From the NCBI GenBank assembly GCA_031263085.1, contig JAISGM010000003.1, positions 90,154-154,153 of the forward strand: a DNA stretch of 64,000 nucleotides, in the 5' to 3' direction. Below, in pieces: positions 1 through 11,760 of this stretch. Under the pieces are notes generated by a model that saw only the letters and a list, made by a program, of their open reading frames with translations, was not told where the DNA came from and did not search any database. Each line of letters starts with the position of its first letter. Positions within the stretch are counted from its first letter, which is position 1. Position numbers and translations under genes: made by a program. The stretch comes from Coxiellaceae bacterium. GTDB taxonomy: Bacteria; Pseudomonadota; Gammaproteobacteria; UBA9339.

Positions 1-1
1 T

Positions 2-799
2 TATTATGTAGAACGAATGTCTAAACAAGGAATGCTACTTCGTTTAAACAAAACTAAATTACCAAATTTAATACATCTCAATCCTCTTTTATTGAATCGA
101 GATTTTGATCCAAAAAATATTTACAGTGTACCGTATCTCTGGGGAAGTACAGGAATTACTTTAAATAACAAATATTTTAATAAACAACAAATTGTTGGTT
201 GGCGGAATTTTTGGGATAAGCAATATCAAGATCAATTAATGATTATTAATGATATGCGTGATGTATTCAGTATTGGATTACTATCTCTTGGTTATTCAGT
301 TAATGATTCTAATCCTGAACATATTAGAGAAGCTTATCTTAAATTAAAACAACTTTTACCTAACATTAAAATTTTCAGTATTGATACCATTCCCAACATT
401 TATATCGATGAGGATGCAATTATTGGTATGTCATGGAGCGGTGATCACAGACTTGCCAAAGAAGAAAATTCAAATCTAGAATACATTTATCCTAAAGAAG
501 GATTTCCATTATGGATTGATAATTGGGCTATCTTAAGAGATGCCCCCAACGTAGAACAAGCGCATAAATTCATTAATTTTATGCTGCGCCCTAAAATAGC
601 CAAACAAATAACTATTATCACTGGTAATGCAACAGCGAACAAATCAGCAATAAAATTATTACCAAAAAAACTTCAATATAATCATATTGTTAATCCACCA
701 CAAAAAATTATACGTCAAGGACAAATTCAATTTGAGCTTGATGATAAAATTAGACAATTGTATGAAGAATATTGGGAATTATTAAAAATAAGCAATTAA
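2..799 (+). CDS. periplasmic polyamine-binding protein of a spermidine/putrescine ABC importer (PotD/PotF family). Only the C-terminal ~260 aa are here; the N-terminus lies upstream of the window
   Basis: Track ORF 17..799. The frame stays open back to nt 2. Family-typical stretches YLWGSTGI, MSWSGD and YPKEGFPLWIDNWAI. Confidence 0.75.
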   Translation, partial: YYVERMSKQGMLLRLNKTKLPNLIHLNPLLLNRDFDPKNIYSVPYLWGSTGITLNNKYFNKQQIVGWRNFWDKQYQDQLMIINDMRDVFSIGLLSLGYSVNDSNPEHIREAYLKLKQLLPNIKIFSIDTIPNIYIDEDAIIGMSWSGDHRLAKEENSNLEYIYPKEGFPLWIDNWAILRDAPNVEQAHKFINFMLRPKIAKQITIITGNATANKSAIKLLPKKLQYNHIVNPPQKIIRQGQIQFELDDKIRQLYEEYWELLKISN

Positions 800-838
800 A
801 AATTGCGAAGTTTTAATAATTCTAATTTATCAAAAAAA

Positions 839-922
839 TACCGAGGGTCGGAATCGAACCGACACGGTGTCACCACCACCAAATTTTGAGTCTGGCGCGT
901 CTACCAGTTTCGCCACCCCGGC
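839..922 (-). tRNA. tRNA-Leu (anticodon CAA)
   Basis: The reverse complement folds as a cloverleaf. Acceptor GCCGGGG/CCTCGGT (two G-U pairs), D-arm GCGAAACTGGTAGACGC, anticodon loop CT-CAA-AA, long variable arm, T-arm GTCGGTTCGATTCCGAC. No CCA is encoded. Confidence 0.9.
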
Positions 923-1014
923 TAAAATATAAATATGTCATACTTTCAAATATATATCTCCAGTATTTACTATAAATCTTTAACTGTAGATTTTTTAATC
1001 ATCCTCTATATTTG

Positions 1015-1680
1015 CTATGCAGCTGTTAATTGATGAATAGTTATTTCTACTCTACGATTACGAGCTTGTCCTTCTAATGTTGTATTGACAGCAATTGGAT
1101 AACGCGCGCCATAGCCTACTATCATTACTCTATTTGAATCAATTCTTTGAGAAATTAAATAATCAGCTACAGAATGAGCTCTCTTTTCTGATAATTCCTG
1201 ATTGTACATGGCTTTACCAGTATTTGAAGCATAACCAGCAACCTTTATAGTAGTATTCCTAAATTTTCTCAAAACGATTGCCACTGAATTTAAAGTATCA
1301 TAAAAGTTTGATTTAATTTCTGCACGATCATTTTCAAAGGTTATATCTCCAGGCATAATTAAACGAATATCTCTACCAATTCTAACTATCTGTACTCCAG
1401 TACCTTGCAATTGTTCTCGAAGTTCAGCATTCTGATGATCCATGTAACTGCCTGTCATTCCTCCTACAGCAGCACCCAAGCTAGCGCCCACTAAAGTACT
1501 TGTAGTATCGCCACCAATTAACTGTCCAGCTATAGCTCCTCCTACAGCGCCAATCCCTGTACCAATGCCCGCTCTACTCAATTCTGCTTGCCCAGTATAC
1601 GGATTTGTAGTAGTACAGCCGCACAAAGTAACTAATAAAAATAAATAGCCAATTAATGTTATTTTTTTTGTAAAGTTCAT
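1015..1680 (-). CDS. OmpA-family lipoprotein with a glycine-zipper N-domain (YiaD-like)
   Basis: Signal peptide plus lipobox LVTLCGC. Gly-zipper GIGTGIGAVGGAIAGQLIGG. C-terminal OmpA-like peptidoglycan-binding domain (NQELSEKRAHSVADYL, NRRVEI). Confidence 0.85.
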   Translation of the reverse strand: MNFTKKITLIGYLFLLVTLCGCTTTNPYTGQAELSRAGIGTGIGAVGGAIAGQLIGGDTTSTLVGASLGAAVGGMTGSYMDHQNAELREQLQGTGVQIVRIGRDIRLIMPGDITFENDRAEIKSNFYDTLNSVAIVLRKFRNTTIKVAGYASNTGKAMYNQELSEKRAHSVADYLISQRIDSNRVMIVGYGARYPIAVNTTLEGQARNRRVEITIHQLTAA

Positions 1681-1809
1681 TATTTATCTCCGTCAAAAAT
1701 TCTCTTACTATCGAATTTTAATTTTAACAAAATAAGACAGGTTTTGGCAATCAAATACGATTAAAAGCGCTTGGCATTTTAAAATTACTTAACATAGTAT
1801 AACTATTAT

Positions 1810-3123
1810 ATGAATATTAGAAAATCAAATCTTAATTTAGCTACTATTGAATCATTAAGTCATGACGGGAGGGGAATAGTACGTATAAATAATAAAATTA
1901 CTTTCCTTGAAAACTGTTTACCTGATGAAAAGATTATTTTTATTTACACAAAAAAATACAGCAAATTCGATACCGGAAAAACTATTAAAATTATACGATC
2001 ATCACCAGATCGAGTTATGCCATATTGTAAGCAGTATGGTAATTGCGGTGGTTGTTCATTACAACATTTAAATCATCAAAAACAAATCGAGTTTAAGACA
2101 AAAACAATTCAAGAACTACTTGAACACATCACGGGTTTAACTAGTTTGACTATCTTACCACCAATCATTGGACCAACTATAGGGTATCGGCATAAAGCTA
2201 GAATTTCGGTAAAATATATACATAAAACACATCAAGTATTGATTGGTTTCCGTGAAAAATATGGACAACACATTGTACCAATTACCGAATGTCCAATTTT
2301 ACATTACAGTATTGGTAAAAAAATTCATTTATTACATAAACTAGTAACTAATTTAACTAACTGTAAGTATATTTCGCAAATTGAAGTAGCTTGTACCAAT
2401 AAATTTACTGCGTTAGTATTTCGTAATTTAAAAAAATTTTCCGAATCAGATATTCAATTGATTAATGAGTTTAGCAATGAAAATAATTACAAAATATATT
2501 CACAGTTTAATGATATTAGAACCATTAAACCAATATCAGACAATAAAATCAATTATCCTCTAAGCTATCAATTACTTAATTGCAATTTACAGATTATTTA
2601 TAAGCCAACAGATTTTACTCAAATAAATCATTATATTAATGCTCAAATGGTTGAACATGTACTGAGATTATTACAAATCGAGTCCAGTGATTGCATTCTG
2701 GATTTATTTTGTGGCGTTGGTAATTTTACCATACCAATGGCCACCAAATGTCGACAAATTATTGGAATAGAGAAAAATGAAATCACATTGCTACAAGCGA
2801 AACAAAACGCTTCTAATAATAAAATCGAGAATGCTGAATTTTATGAAGCTGATTTAAGCAAAGAATTGCCTATCTCAGGATGGACTAAAAAAAAATATAG
2901 TAAAATTTTATTAGATCCACCACGAATTGGCGCACGAGAGTTATGCATTCAAATTAAACAATTCCGAGCTGAACAAATAATTTATATATCATGTAATCCT
3001 GCAACTTTTGCTCGTGACGCCAAACTTATTATCGAACATGGTTATAGACTTCAAAATATCACTTTAGCAGACATGTATCCTCACACTAATCACATAGAAA
3101 GTATCGCTAGTTTTCAATTATAA
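1810..3123 (+). CDS. rlmD: 23S rRNA (uracil1939-C5)-methyltransferase RlmD (RumA)
   Basis: N-terminal TRAM-like domain, Fe-S cysteines CKQYGNCGGCSLQH, SAM fold DLFCGVGNF, LLDPPRIGA, catalytic YISCNPAT. 437 aa. Confidence 0.9.
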   Translation: MNIRKSNLNLATIESLSHDGRGIVRINNKITFLENCLPDEKIIFIYTKKYSKFDTGKTIKIIRSSPDRVMPYCKQYGNCGGCSLQHLNHQKQIEFKTKTIQELLEHITGLTSLTILPPIIGPTIGYRHKARISVKYIHKTHQVLIGFREKYGQHIVPITECPILHYSIGKKIHLLHKLVTNLTNCKYISQIEVACTNKFTALVFRNLKKFSESDIQLINEFSNENNYKIYSQFNDIRTIKPISDNKINYPLSYQLLNCNLQIIYKPTDFTQINHYINAQMVEHVLRLLQIESSDCILDLFCGVGNFTIPMATKCRQIIGIEKNEITLLQAKQNASNNKIENAEFYEADLSKELPISGWTKKKYSKILLDPPRIGARELCIQIKQFRAEQIIYISCNPATFARDAKLIIEHGYRLQNITLADMYPHTNHIESIASFQL

Positions 3124-3124
3124 G

Positions 3125-3715
3125 CTATCTTCTTACTAAGATATTATCGATAATTCCGTATTTCATAGCATCTTCTGGAGTCATAAAATTATCGCGATTC
3201 ACGTCTTTTCCTATTTGCGCTAAAGATTTTCCAGTATGTTGTGCCAAAATTTTATTTATTTGTTGATTAATTCGTGAAGCTTCCTTAGCGTGAATTTCAA
3301 TATCACTAACTTGACCTTGGTACCCCCCAAAAACTTGATGAATCATAATGGTAGAATGAGGTAAACAAAATCTTTTATCATGAGTACCAGATGCCAACAG
3401 CAGTGCGGCAGCACTAGCTGCTTGACCAATACACAAAGTACTAATGTCAGGCTTAATAAATTGCATTGTATCATAAATAGCTAAGCCAGCATTAACATCT
3501 CCACCTGGAGAATTAATATAGAGCGAAATATCTTTATCAGGATTTTGAGCTTCCAAGAAAAGCATCTGCGCAACAATCAAATTAGCCATATGCGACTCAA
3601 CCTCGCCTATCAAAAATATTATCCGTTCTTTTAGTAAAAGTGAATAAATATCATATGCTCTCTCACCACGAGAAGTTTGTTCAACAACAATAGGTACTAA
3701 ATTTCTATTTGACAT
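3125..3715 (-). CDS. clpP: ATP-dependent Clp protease proteolytic subunit ClpP
   Basis: [25 protein letters not shown], active-site region [15 protein letters not shown]. 196 aa. Confidence 0.95.
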   Translation of the reverse strand: MSNRNLVPIVVEQTSRGERAYDIYSLLLKERIIFLIGEVESHMANLIVAQMLFLEAQNPDKDISLYINSPGGDVNAGLAIYDTMQFIKPDISTLCIGQAASAAALLLASGTHDKRFCLPHSTIMIHQVFGGYQGQVSDIEIHAKEASRINQQINKILAQHTGKSLAQIGKDVNRDNFMTPEDAMKYGIIDNILVRR

Positions 3716-4156
3716 AATTACCTCGATAATAATTTATCTTATTAGATAACCACCAGATGATGATGATTTATAGTAAATCACTTATTTTGACTAGATGGAA
3801 ATAAGATTGCTTTTTAAATGAAAACACTTTTAAAACCGCTGATTAACAATCAGTTCGCTTATTCAAAAATCATATAAAAATTTACTCGAAAAAATCAATG
3901 CAATTCAATTATCCATCTTTCATAAATTTCATATTTATATAGCAGTGTTCACACTCATAAAACATAATTATGAAATACTTTGAATTTTAATCTTAATTAA
4001 ACACTTTAATATAAACATCTGAAATCTCTTTTTTCAAAATTCAAGATAAATAACATATTATCTAGTTGAAGAACTTATATAAAACACTTGAGCAATTACA
4101 TCGCTCCAAATTATAAATTCTAGTATTATCAATACATTACTTTATATCTAATTTTC

Positions 4157-4239
4157 TGCGAGAGGAGAGATTTGAACTCTCACAGGTTACCCTACTGGAA
4201 CCTAAATCCAGCGCGTCTACCGGATTTCGCCACTCTCGC
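4157..4239 (-). tRNA. tRNA-Leu (anticodon TAG)
   Basis: The reverse complement GCGAGAGTGGCGAAATCCGGTAGACGCGCTGGATT-TAG-GTTCCAG... has a long variable arm, T-arm GAGAGTTCAAATCTCTC and acceptor GCGAGAG/CTCTCGC. No CCA is encoded. Confidence 0.9.
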
Positions 4240-4737
4240 TAATTTATTAAAAATCACTGAAGTTCCAAATATTATAAAACACCAAAAAATATCTCCAATC
4301 AAGGAATTGCGTAAAAAAGGCAATGCTAAATAATAACAAGTCATGAGTCCTGTAAACGAATTATGATACCAATCGCCAGTTAACCATACTCCAAAATTAG
4401 TCCATAACCAATATCCTAAAGAACTATTTAAAGAATAAAAAAAATTCTGTTTAGATGAACTAATTCTGGATTTAAATAGAACGATAGCCATAAAACCTGT
4501 ATAAGTAAACAAAGTAAAATACCCTATAATAGGATATCCTTTCATGAAAGAAAGACCTACATCAGAAATCAATAAAGCAACAAATATCACCAATAAAGAA
4601 TAAAACTTAGGAAAAATTGTTCGTACAAATAAACTCATCCCAATAAAAGGAGTGACATTAGGTAAGGGTGAAAATAAACGTCCAACAACCCCGAAAATAA
4701 TAAGCCAACTAATTGTAGTAATATATTTTCTATTCAT
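4192..4737 (-). CDS. small polytopic membrane protein, possibly a DUF6580-type putative transporter. Its 3' end reads into tRNA-Leu(TAG)
   Basis: About 5-6 hydrophobic helices. The N-terminal GRLFSPLPNVTPFIGMSLF resembles, from memory, the RLxPHxPNFTPIGAxALF signature of DUF6580 proteins. The last 16 codons (ARVAKSGRRAGFRFQ) are tRNA sequence. Confidence 0.6.
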   Translation of the reverse strand: MNRKYITTISWLIIFGVVGRLFSPLPNVTPFIGMSLFVRTIFPKFYSLLVIFVALLISDVGLSFMKGYPIIGYFTLFTYTGFMAIVLFKSRISSSKQNFFYSLNSSLGYWLWTNFGVWLTGDWYHNSFTGLMTCYYLALPFLRNSLIGDIFWCFIIFGTSVIFNKLARVAKSGRRAGFRFQ

Positions 4738-4834
4738 AAATCACCAATATTATATAGTATATACATTATATATACATTAATGATAAAACAAAACTCATTT
4801 GACGTTTAGATAAGCACTTAGTATATTTTACATA

Positions 4835-4908
4835 CGGGGCATAGCGCAGCCTGGTAGCGCACCTGCTTTGGGAGCAGGCCGTCGGGGGTTCAAATCCCTC
4901 TGCCCCGA
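4835..4908 (+). tRNA. tRNA-Pro (anticodon TGG)
   Basis: Acceptor CGGGGCA/TGCCCCG, anticodon stem-loop CCTGC-TT-TGG-GA-GCAGG, T-arm GGGGGTTCAAATCCCTC. No CCA is encoded. Confidence 0.9.
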
Positions 4909-4922
4909 TAATTGTACTTAAA

Positions 4923-6974
4923 TTAATTATTAGACTTAATTATCAATATCTTCCTGTCCCATTGTAGTTTATCAATTTCAGATGATTGTTTGATGCAAGG
5001 ATATTTTTTTATCCATAAACAAAAATCTTTTTCCAAAAATTTTGCCAAAGAATTAATAACACCATTAAACGATCGTTTTTCTTTAAAACTCTTTAGAGAA
5101 AAAGAATACGCCGACATATGATGATATTCTATTGTACCAATCCATAATGACAAATTACTATTTTTTAAATTAATATCTGATGGCCATAAACTTAAAATTA
5201 TTATTACATCATTTAATTCGGTATTTTTAGTGTATAAAAACGCGGGGCTTTTATTATGATAAAGTTGTGGCAATATAGATAGGTGATGAACTACGGATGT
5301 AGTAAATAAACTCCTTAAGATATCTTGAAAATTAAGAATAGTATTTTGGGCGCACCAACCATGATTAATTAGAAAATTATTAAGCTTGACAAGTTCACCT
5401 ATATATACAACATTTAATATTTCAATCGGATGTCCAAAACGATTCTGTCGATATAAAGGCAAACTCGGCATTTTCTCGTGAATTAATTGACTGAATTCAA
5501 TAGATTGTTTAGGCCAGACTAAACTATACCCCTTCATCTTTCTATCAAATTCCACTATACTATAACTAATCGATAGTACAATAAGAACACTACTTATCAT
5601 TAAAATAAATTTATTAGTATTTAAACATGAAGTACGTCGTCGACGATAAGAAATTGTAACTAATAGTAATATAAAAAAACCTAAGAAAATACCACCAATA
5701 ACATCAATTAACCAATGAGCTCCTAAATAAATTCTGGAAAAAGCAATACTGACTAAAAAAAAACCTGTTATTCCATAAAGCAAAGATCGCTTAGTAGATT
5801 TTAATCTATGAGCTACAATCATTGCCAAAAAACCGTAAAGAGCTACGCTTAATGTCACATGAGCGCTAGGGAAAGATGAACTATTAATAATGTATGCGGT
5901 ATCCTGAGGTCTTGGTAAGTACACCAATAATTTTATACTACCGATTAATATTCCACTAAAAATTATAATACTTAACCAATGCAAAGCTATATACTGATAT
6001 TTTTTCCACCAAAGCCATATAAAAATAATTATCGATAAAACTAACAATAAAGGTAAATCACCAAGCAAAGTAATTAATACAAAAATATAATCCAAAACTT
6101 CTTGACGACTACTTTTTAGCAAGAAGTAAATAGAACGACCTAACTCCGCCAAAAAACCATCGATCAACGCTTGATAAAAAATCCATCCAAATAACAAAAA
6201 AGAAAGAATTGCACCAATCAATAGGGTTAATTGTTGATGGTTATTGAGTTCTTTAGGATCAGATAACAATCTTACCAACCAAGACAAAAAATTATGCTGA
6301 ACACAGTACTCCCAGAAACTTCTAATGTAAGAAGAAATTAATTTCCAAATTTGTTTTAAAAAATACTTAGTAACCCATATTGCTGCCCAAAAAATAACAA
6401 CAGCCAATAAAGCTCCAACAGCAAACATGGTTGCTATTTTTGGTGGCAATTCTAAGGATAGAGCACCTAATAATATACCTGGAAACATATAACTAAATAT
6501 CCAAATCATAGCAGATGGTAATGCCATTAAAATAAATTTACCAAATGGCATCTTTAGAATGCCAGCAATCATTGGAATCATAGCGCGTGTTGGTCCAATA
6601 AAACGTCCAATAAAAACACTTTTACCTCCATGTTCATCAAAAAAATCTTTACTTCGACTTAACAAATTAGGCCATCTAGTAAATGGCCATATTTTATGAA
6701 TACGATCCCGGAAATAAATTCCAATAAAGTAACTTAAACAATCACCAGTAATTGCTCCTAAAATTGTCCACATAAAAGTACTACCAACAGGCGTCACTCC
6801 AGAACCAATTAAAAATCCAATAGATGGCATAATAATGGCGCCTGGCACGATCACTCCGATTATAGCCATTGATTCGACAAAAACTACTGAATATGCAAAA
6901 ATGCTTAAACTATATGGATGAGTACTAAAAAAATCGGCAATTGTATGAATATTAATATCATGGAAATTTAACAT
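4923..6974 (-). CDS. tripartite membrane protein: DedA (SNARE-associated) domain + PAP2 phosphatase + LssY-like C-terminal domain
   Basis: N-terminal DedA region (GRFIGPTRAMIPMIAGILKMP). PAP2 motifs SFPSAHV and SRIYLGAHWLIDV. A soluble tail of about 200 aa. The track start 7004 is TTG; ATG at 6974 has GGAGA 9 nt upstream and sits 4 nt after the truA stop. Confidence 0.8.
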   Translation of the reverse strand: MLNFHDINIHTIADFFSTHPYSLSIFAYSVVFVESMAIIGVIVPGAIIMPSIGFLIGSGVTPVGSTFMWTILGAITGDCLSYFIGIYFRDRIHKIWPFTRWPNLLSRSKDFFDEHGGKSVFIGRFIGPTRAMIPMIAGILKMPFGKFILMALPSAMIWIFSYMFPGILLGALSLELPPKIATMFAVGALLAVVIFWAAIWVTKYFLKQIWKLISSYIRSFWEYCVQHNFLSWLVRLLSDPKELNNHQQLTLLIGAILSFLLFGWIFYQALIDGFLAELGRSIYFLLKSSRQEVLDYIFVLITLLGDLPLLLVLSIIIFIWLWWKKYQYIALHWLSIIIFSGILIGSIKLLVYLPRPQDTAYIINSSSFPSAHVTLSVALYGFLAMIVAHRLKSTKRSLLYGITGFFLVSIAFSRIYLGAHWLIDVIGGIFLGFFILLLVTISYRRRRTSCLNTNKFILMISSVLIVLSISYSIVEFDRKMKGYSLVWPKQSIEFSQLIHEKMPSLPLYRQNRFGHPIEILNVVYIGELVKLNNFLINHGWCAQNTILNFQDILRSLFTTSVVHHLSILPQLYHNKSPAFLYTKNTELNDVIIILSLWPSDINLKNSNLSLWIGTIEYHHMSAYSFSLKSFKEKRSFNGVINSLAKFLEKDFCLWIKKYPCIKQSSEIDKLQWDRKILIIKSNN

Positions 6975-6978
6975 AATT

Positions 6979-7737
6979 TTATTCTCCAAATTCGTCGTAT
7001 TCAACCTTAATTAAATACAGTCCTGCAGCCGGAACAGTAACGGCAGCGGATTTGCGATCACGCATTTCTAAAACTTCTTTTGCCCAAATAGGACGACGTT
7101 TGCCTGTTCCAATTTTAATCAAAACCCCAACAATATTGCGTACCATACGCAATAAAAAAGCATTAGCTTTAATATCTATATTAATCATAACTCCATTACG
7201 AGTTACTTCAAGTAGAGTTACATTACGTCTGACACTTCTCGACTGACAACCACTGCCACGAAACGAAGAAAAATCATGCTCACCCAATAAATACTTACCA
7301 GCATTATTCATTATTTTTTCATCTAATGCATACGGGTACCACATTGTTCGATCACGCAATAATGCTGAGGAAATTATATTATTATAAATAATATAACGAT
7401 AATGACGCGAAATAGCGCCATAACGTGCATGAAAATTTGATGATACTAGACGCGCCCAAAGAATACGAATATCGCTAGGCAAATTACTATTTGCACCCAT
7501 AACCCAGGCTCGAGAATTTCTCTCAACTTTAGTATCAAAATGCACTACTTGATATAAAGCATGCACCCCTGCATCAGTTCGACCTGCGCAAGTAACTATA
7601 ATTTTTTCTGTTGCCACTTTACTCAAAGCAGTTTCAACTTTTTCTTGAAGAGATGCCAAACCAAGCTGTCTCTGCCAACCATAATAATTTGTTCCATCAT
7701 ACTCTATTCCCAAAGCTACTCGCATATGATCAAACAT
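6979..7737 (-). CDS. truA: tRNA pseudouridine(38-40) synthase TruA
   Basis: MRVALGIEYDGTNYYGWQRQ, catalytic GRTDAGVHA, FLLRMVRNIVG. 252 aa (an alternative ATG lies 4 codons in). Confidence 0.95.
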   Translation of the reverse strand: MFDHMRVALGIEYDGTNYYGWQRQLGLASLQEKVETALSKVATEKIIVTCAGRTDAGVHALYQVVHFDTKVERNSRAWVMGANSNLPSDIRILWARLVSSNFHARYGAISRHYRYIIYNNIISSALLRDRTMWYPYALDEKIMNNAGKYLLGEHDFSSFRGSGCQSRSVRRNVTLLEVTRNGVMINIDIKANAFLLRMVRNIVGVLIKIGTGKRRPIWAKEVLEMRDRKSAAVTVPAAGLYLIKVEYDEFGE

Positions 7738-8401
7738 TAAGTTTCTTGGTTTTTATTTTCTTTAATAAAACGTCAGCCTCGTATCGTTCACTATCATCTC
7801 CTTGAGATAATACCTCATAAAGCATATATTCTGCCTTGTCATCATTTCCCATTTCGATATAAGCACGAGCTAAATTTAATTTAGTTGCAACACAATCATC
7901 CTGATCTTGTCCATCTATCAAATTATCCTGATCCCCTTCTGTTACATTATTTTTAATCTTAAATTCTTTATTCCAAGAAATAATCTTATTTATTAAAATA
8001 AACAAAATAATTAAAATTGTCGCAAAAAATAAAATACCATAACCTAAACGATTATATAAAAATGTAACTTGTTGAAATAATTGATTAAAAAATTTCGTAT
8101 TTTTGCCATTTTCAAAATTTGATTCTATCAAACTGATGCGTTTATTTATTTCAGTAATTTGAGATTCCAATATTGTCAAACGATCAATCAATTCCTGCGA
8201 TGAAACTATACTCACATCAATAGTTGAAGAAATATCTTCTGATACAATTGAAGAAATATCTTCTGGTACAATTGAAGAAATTTCTTCTGGTGATGTTATG
8301 TCCGATGAGACGTTGTAATTGACCTGTACTTGATCGTTATTATCGACTGCATAAACATTGCCAATAAATAACATACACATTAAATATATAATCGCTTTCA
8401 T
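7730..8401 (-). CDS. short FimV-like protein: signal peptide, acidic repeat region, TM helix and FimV C-terminal motif
   Basis: The C-terminus ATKLNLARAYIEMGNDDKAEYMLYEVLSQGDDSERYEADVLLKKI matches the FimV C-terminal domain signature. The position directly upstream of truA matches Pseudomonas fimV-truA. Confidence 0.65.
   Translation of the reverse strand: MKAIIYLMCMLFIGNVYAVDNNDQVQVNYNVSSDITSPEEISSIVPEDISSIVSEDISSTIDVSIVSSQELIDRLTILESQITEINKRISLIESNFENGKNTKFFNQLFQQVTFLYNRLGYGILFFATILIILFILINKIISWNKEFKIKNNVTEGDQDNLIDGQDQDDCVATKLNLARAYIEMGNDDKAEYMLYEVLSQGDDSERYEADVLLKKIKTKKLNV
8224..8295. repeat. 3 x 24-nt in-frame tandem repeat inside the FimV-like gene
   Basis: TTGAAGAAATATCTTCTGATACAA / TTGAAGAAATATCTTCTGGTACAA / TTGAAGAAATTTCTTCTGGTGATG. 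It encodes (E/D)(E/D)ISS(I/T)(V/I)(P/S) units. Confidence 0.9.
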
Positions 8402-8480
8402 AAATTTATTCTATCGATCAATGATATCTTATAAACTATAAATTCAATAACTGCAACACATGCCGATATAAAACAACAAC

Positions 8481-11344
<2,864 letters not shown>

Positions 11345-11760
11345 CTAATATATCTTTAAAGAAAGTAAATTATGCCTTAAATAGTTATATTGATCCTCGT
11401 ATTACATAGATCACACTAATTGAATTACTATGAGACACCATCCATATTTGTTAACTTAATAAATTTTATATGTATTAATACTATAAACTATCATCATTCT
11501 CTTCTATTAAGAAGATCTAGTTATGTAAATTCAGAAAACATTATTATAAATAACTACAACTAAATAAATTATATCATTAGTATTACAATAAAATTATACT
11601 TTATAAAGTATAGGTAATTATGGGATTATATTATAGGCTATTATAAATAATTTAAATTAGAACATTAATCTTAAATCAAGATAGAGATTTGTTATATAAA
11701 TCTTTTATGTTTAAGATGACAAATTTATCCAATAGCAAGTTGATATCGTTTGAAAACAAA

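Noticed and set aside
3716-4156. Possible sRNA or terminator hairpins in the clpP upstream spacer (CTGATT-N4-AATCAG followed by GGTTTT on the minus strand at about 3839-3854)
   Set aside because: The stems are only 6 bp and AT-rich, with no conserved structure recognisable. They cannot be distinguished from chance palindromes in AT-rich DNA.
8224-8295. Short tandem repeats as a possible CRISPR array
   Set aside because: The repeats are contiguous with no spacers, in frame and inside a CDS. There are no cas genes in the window.
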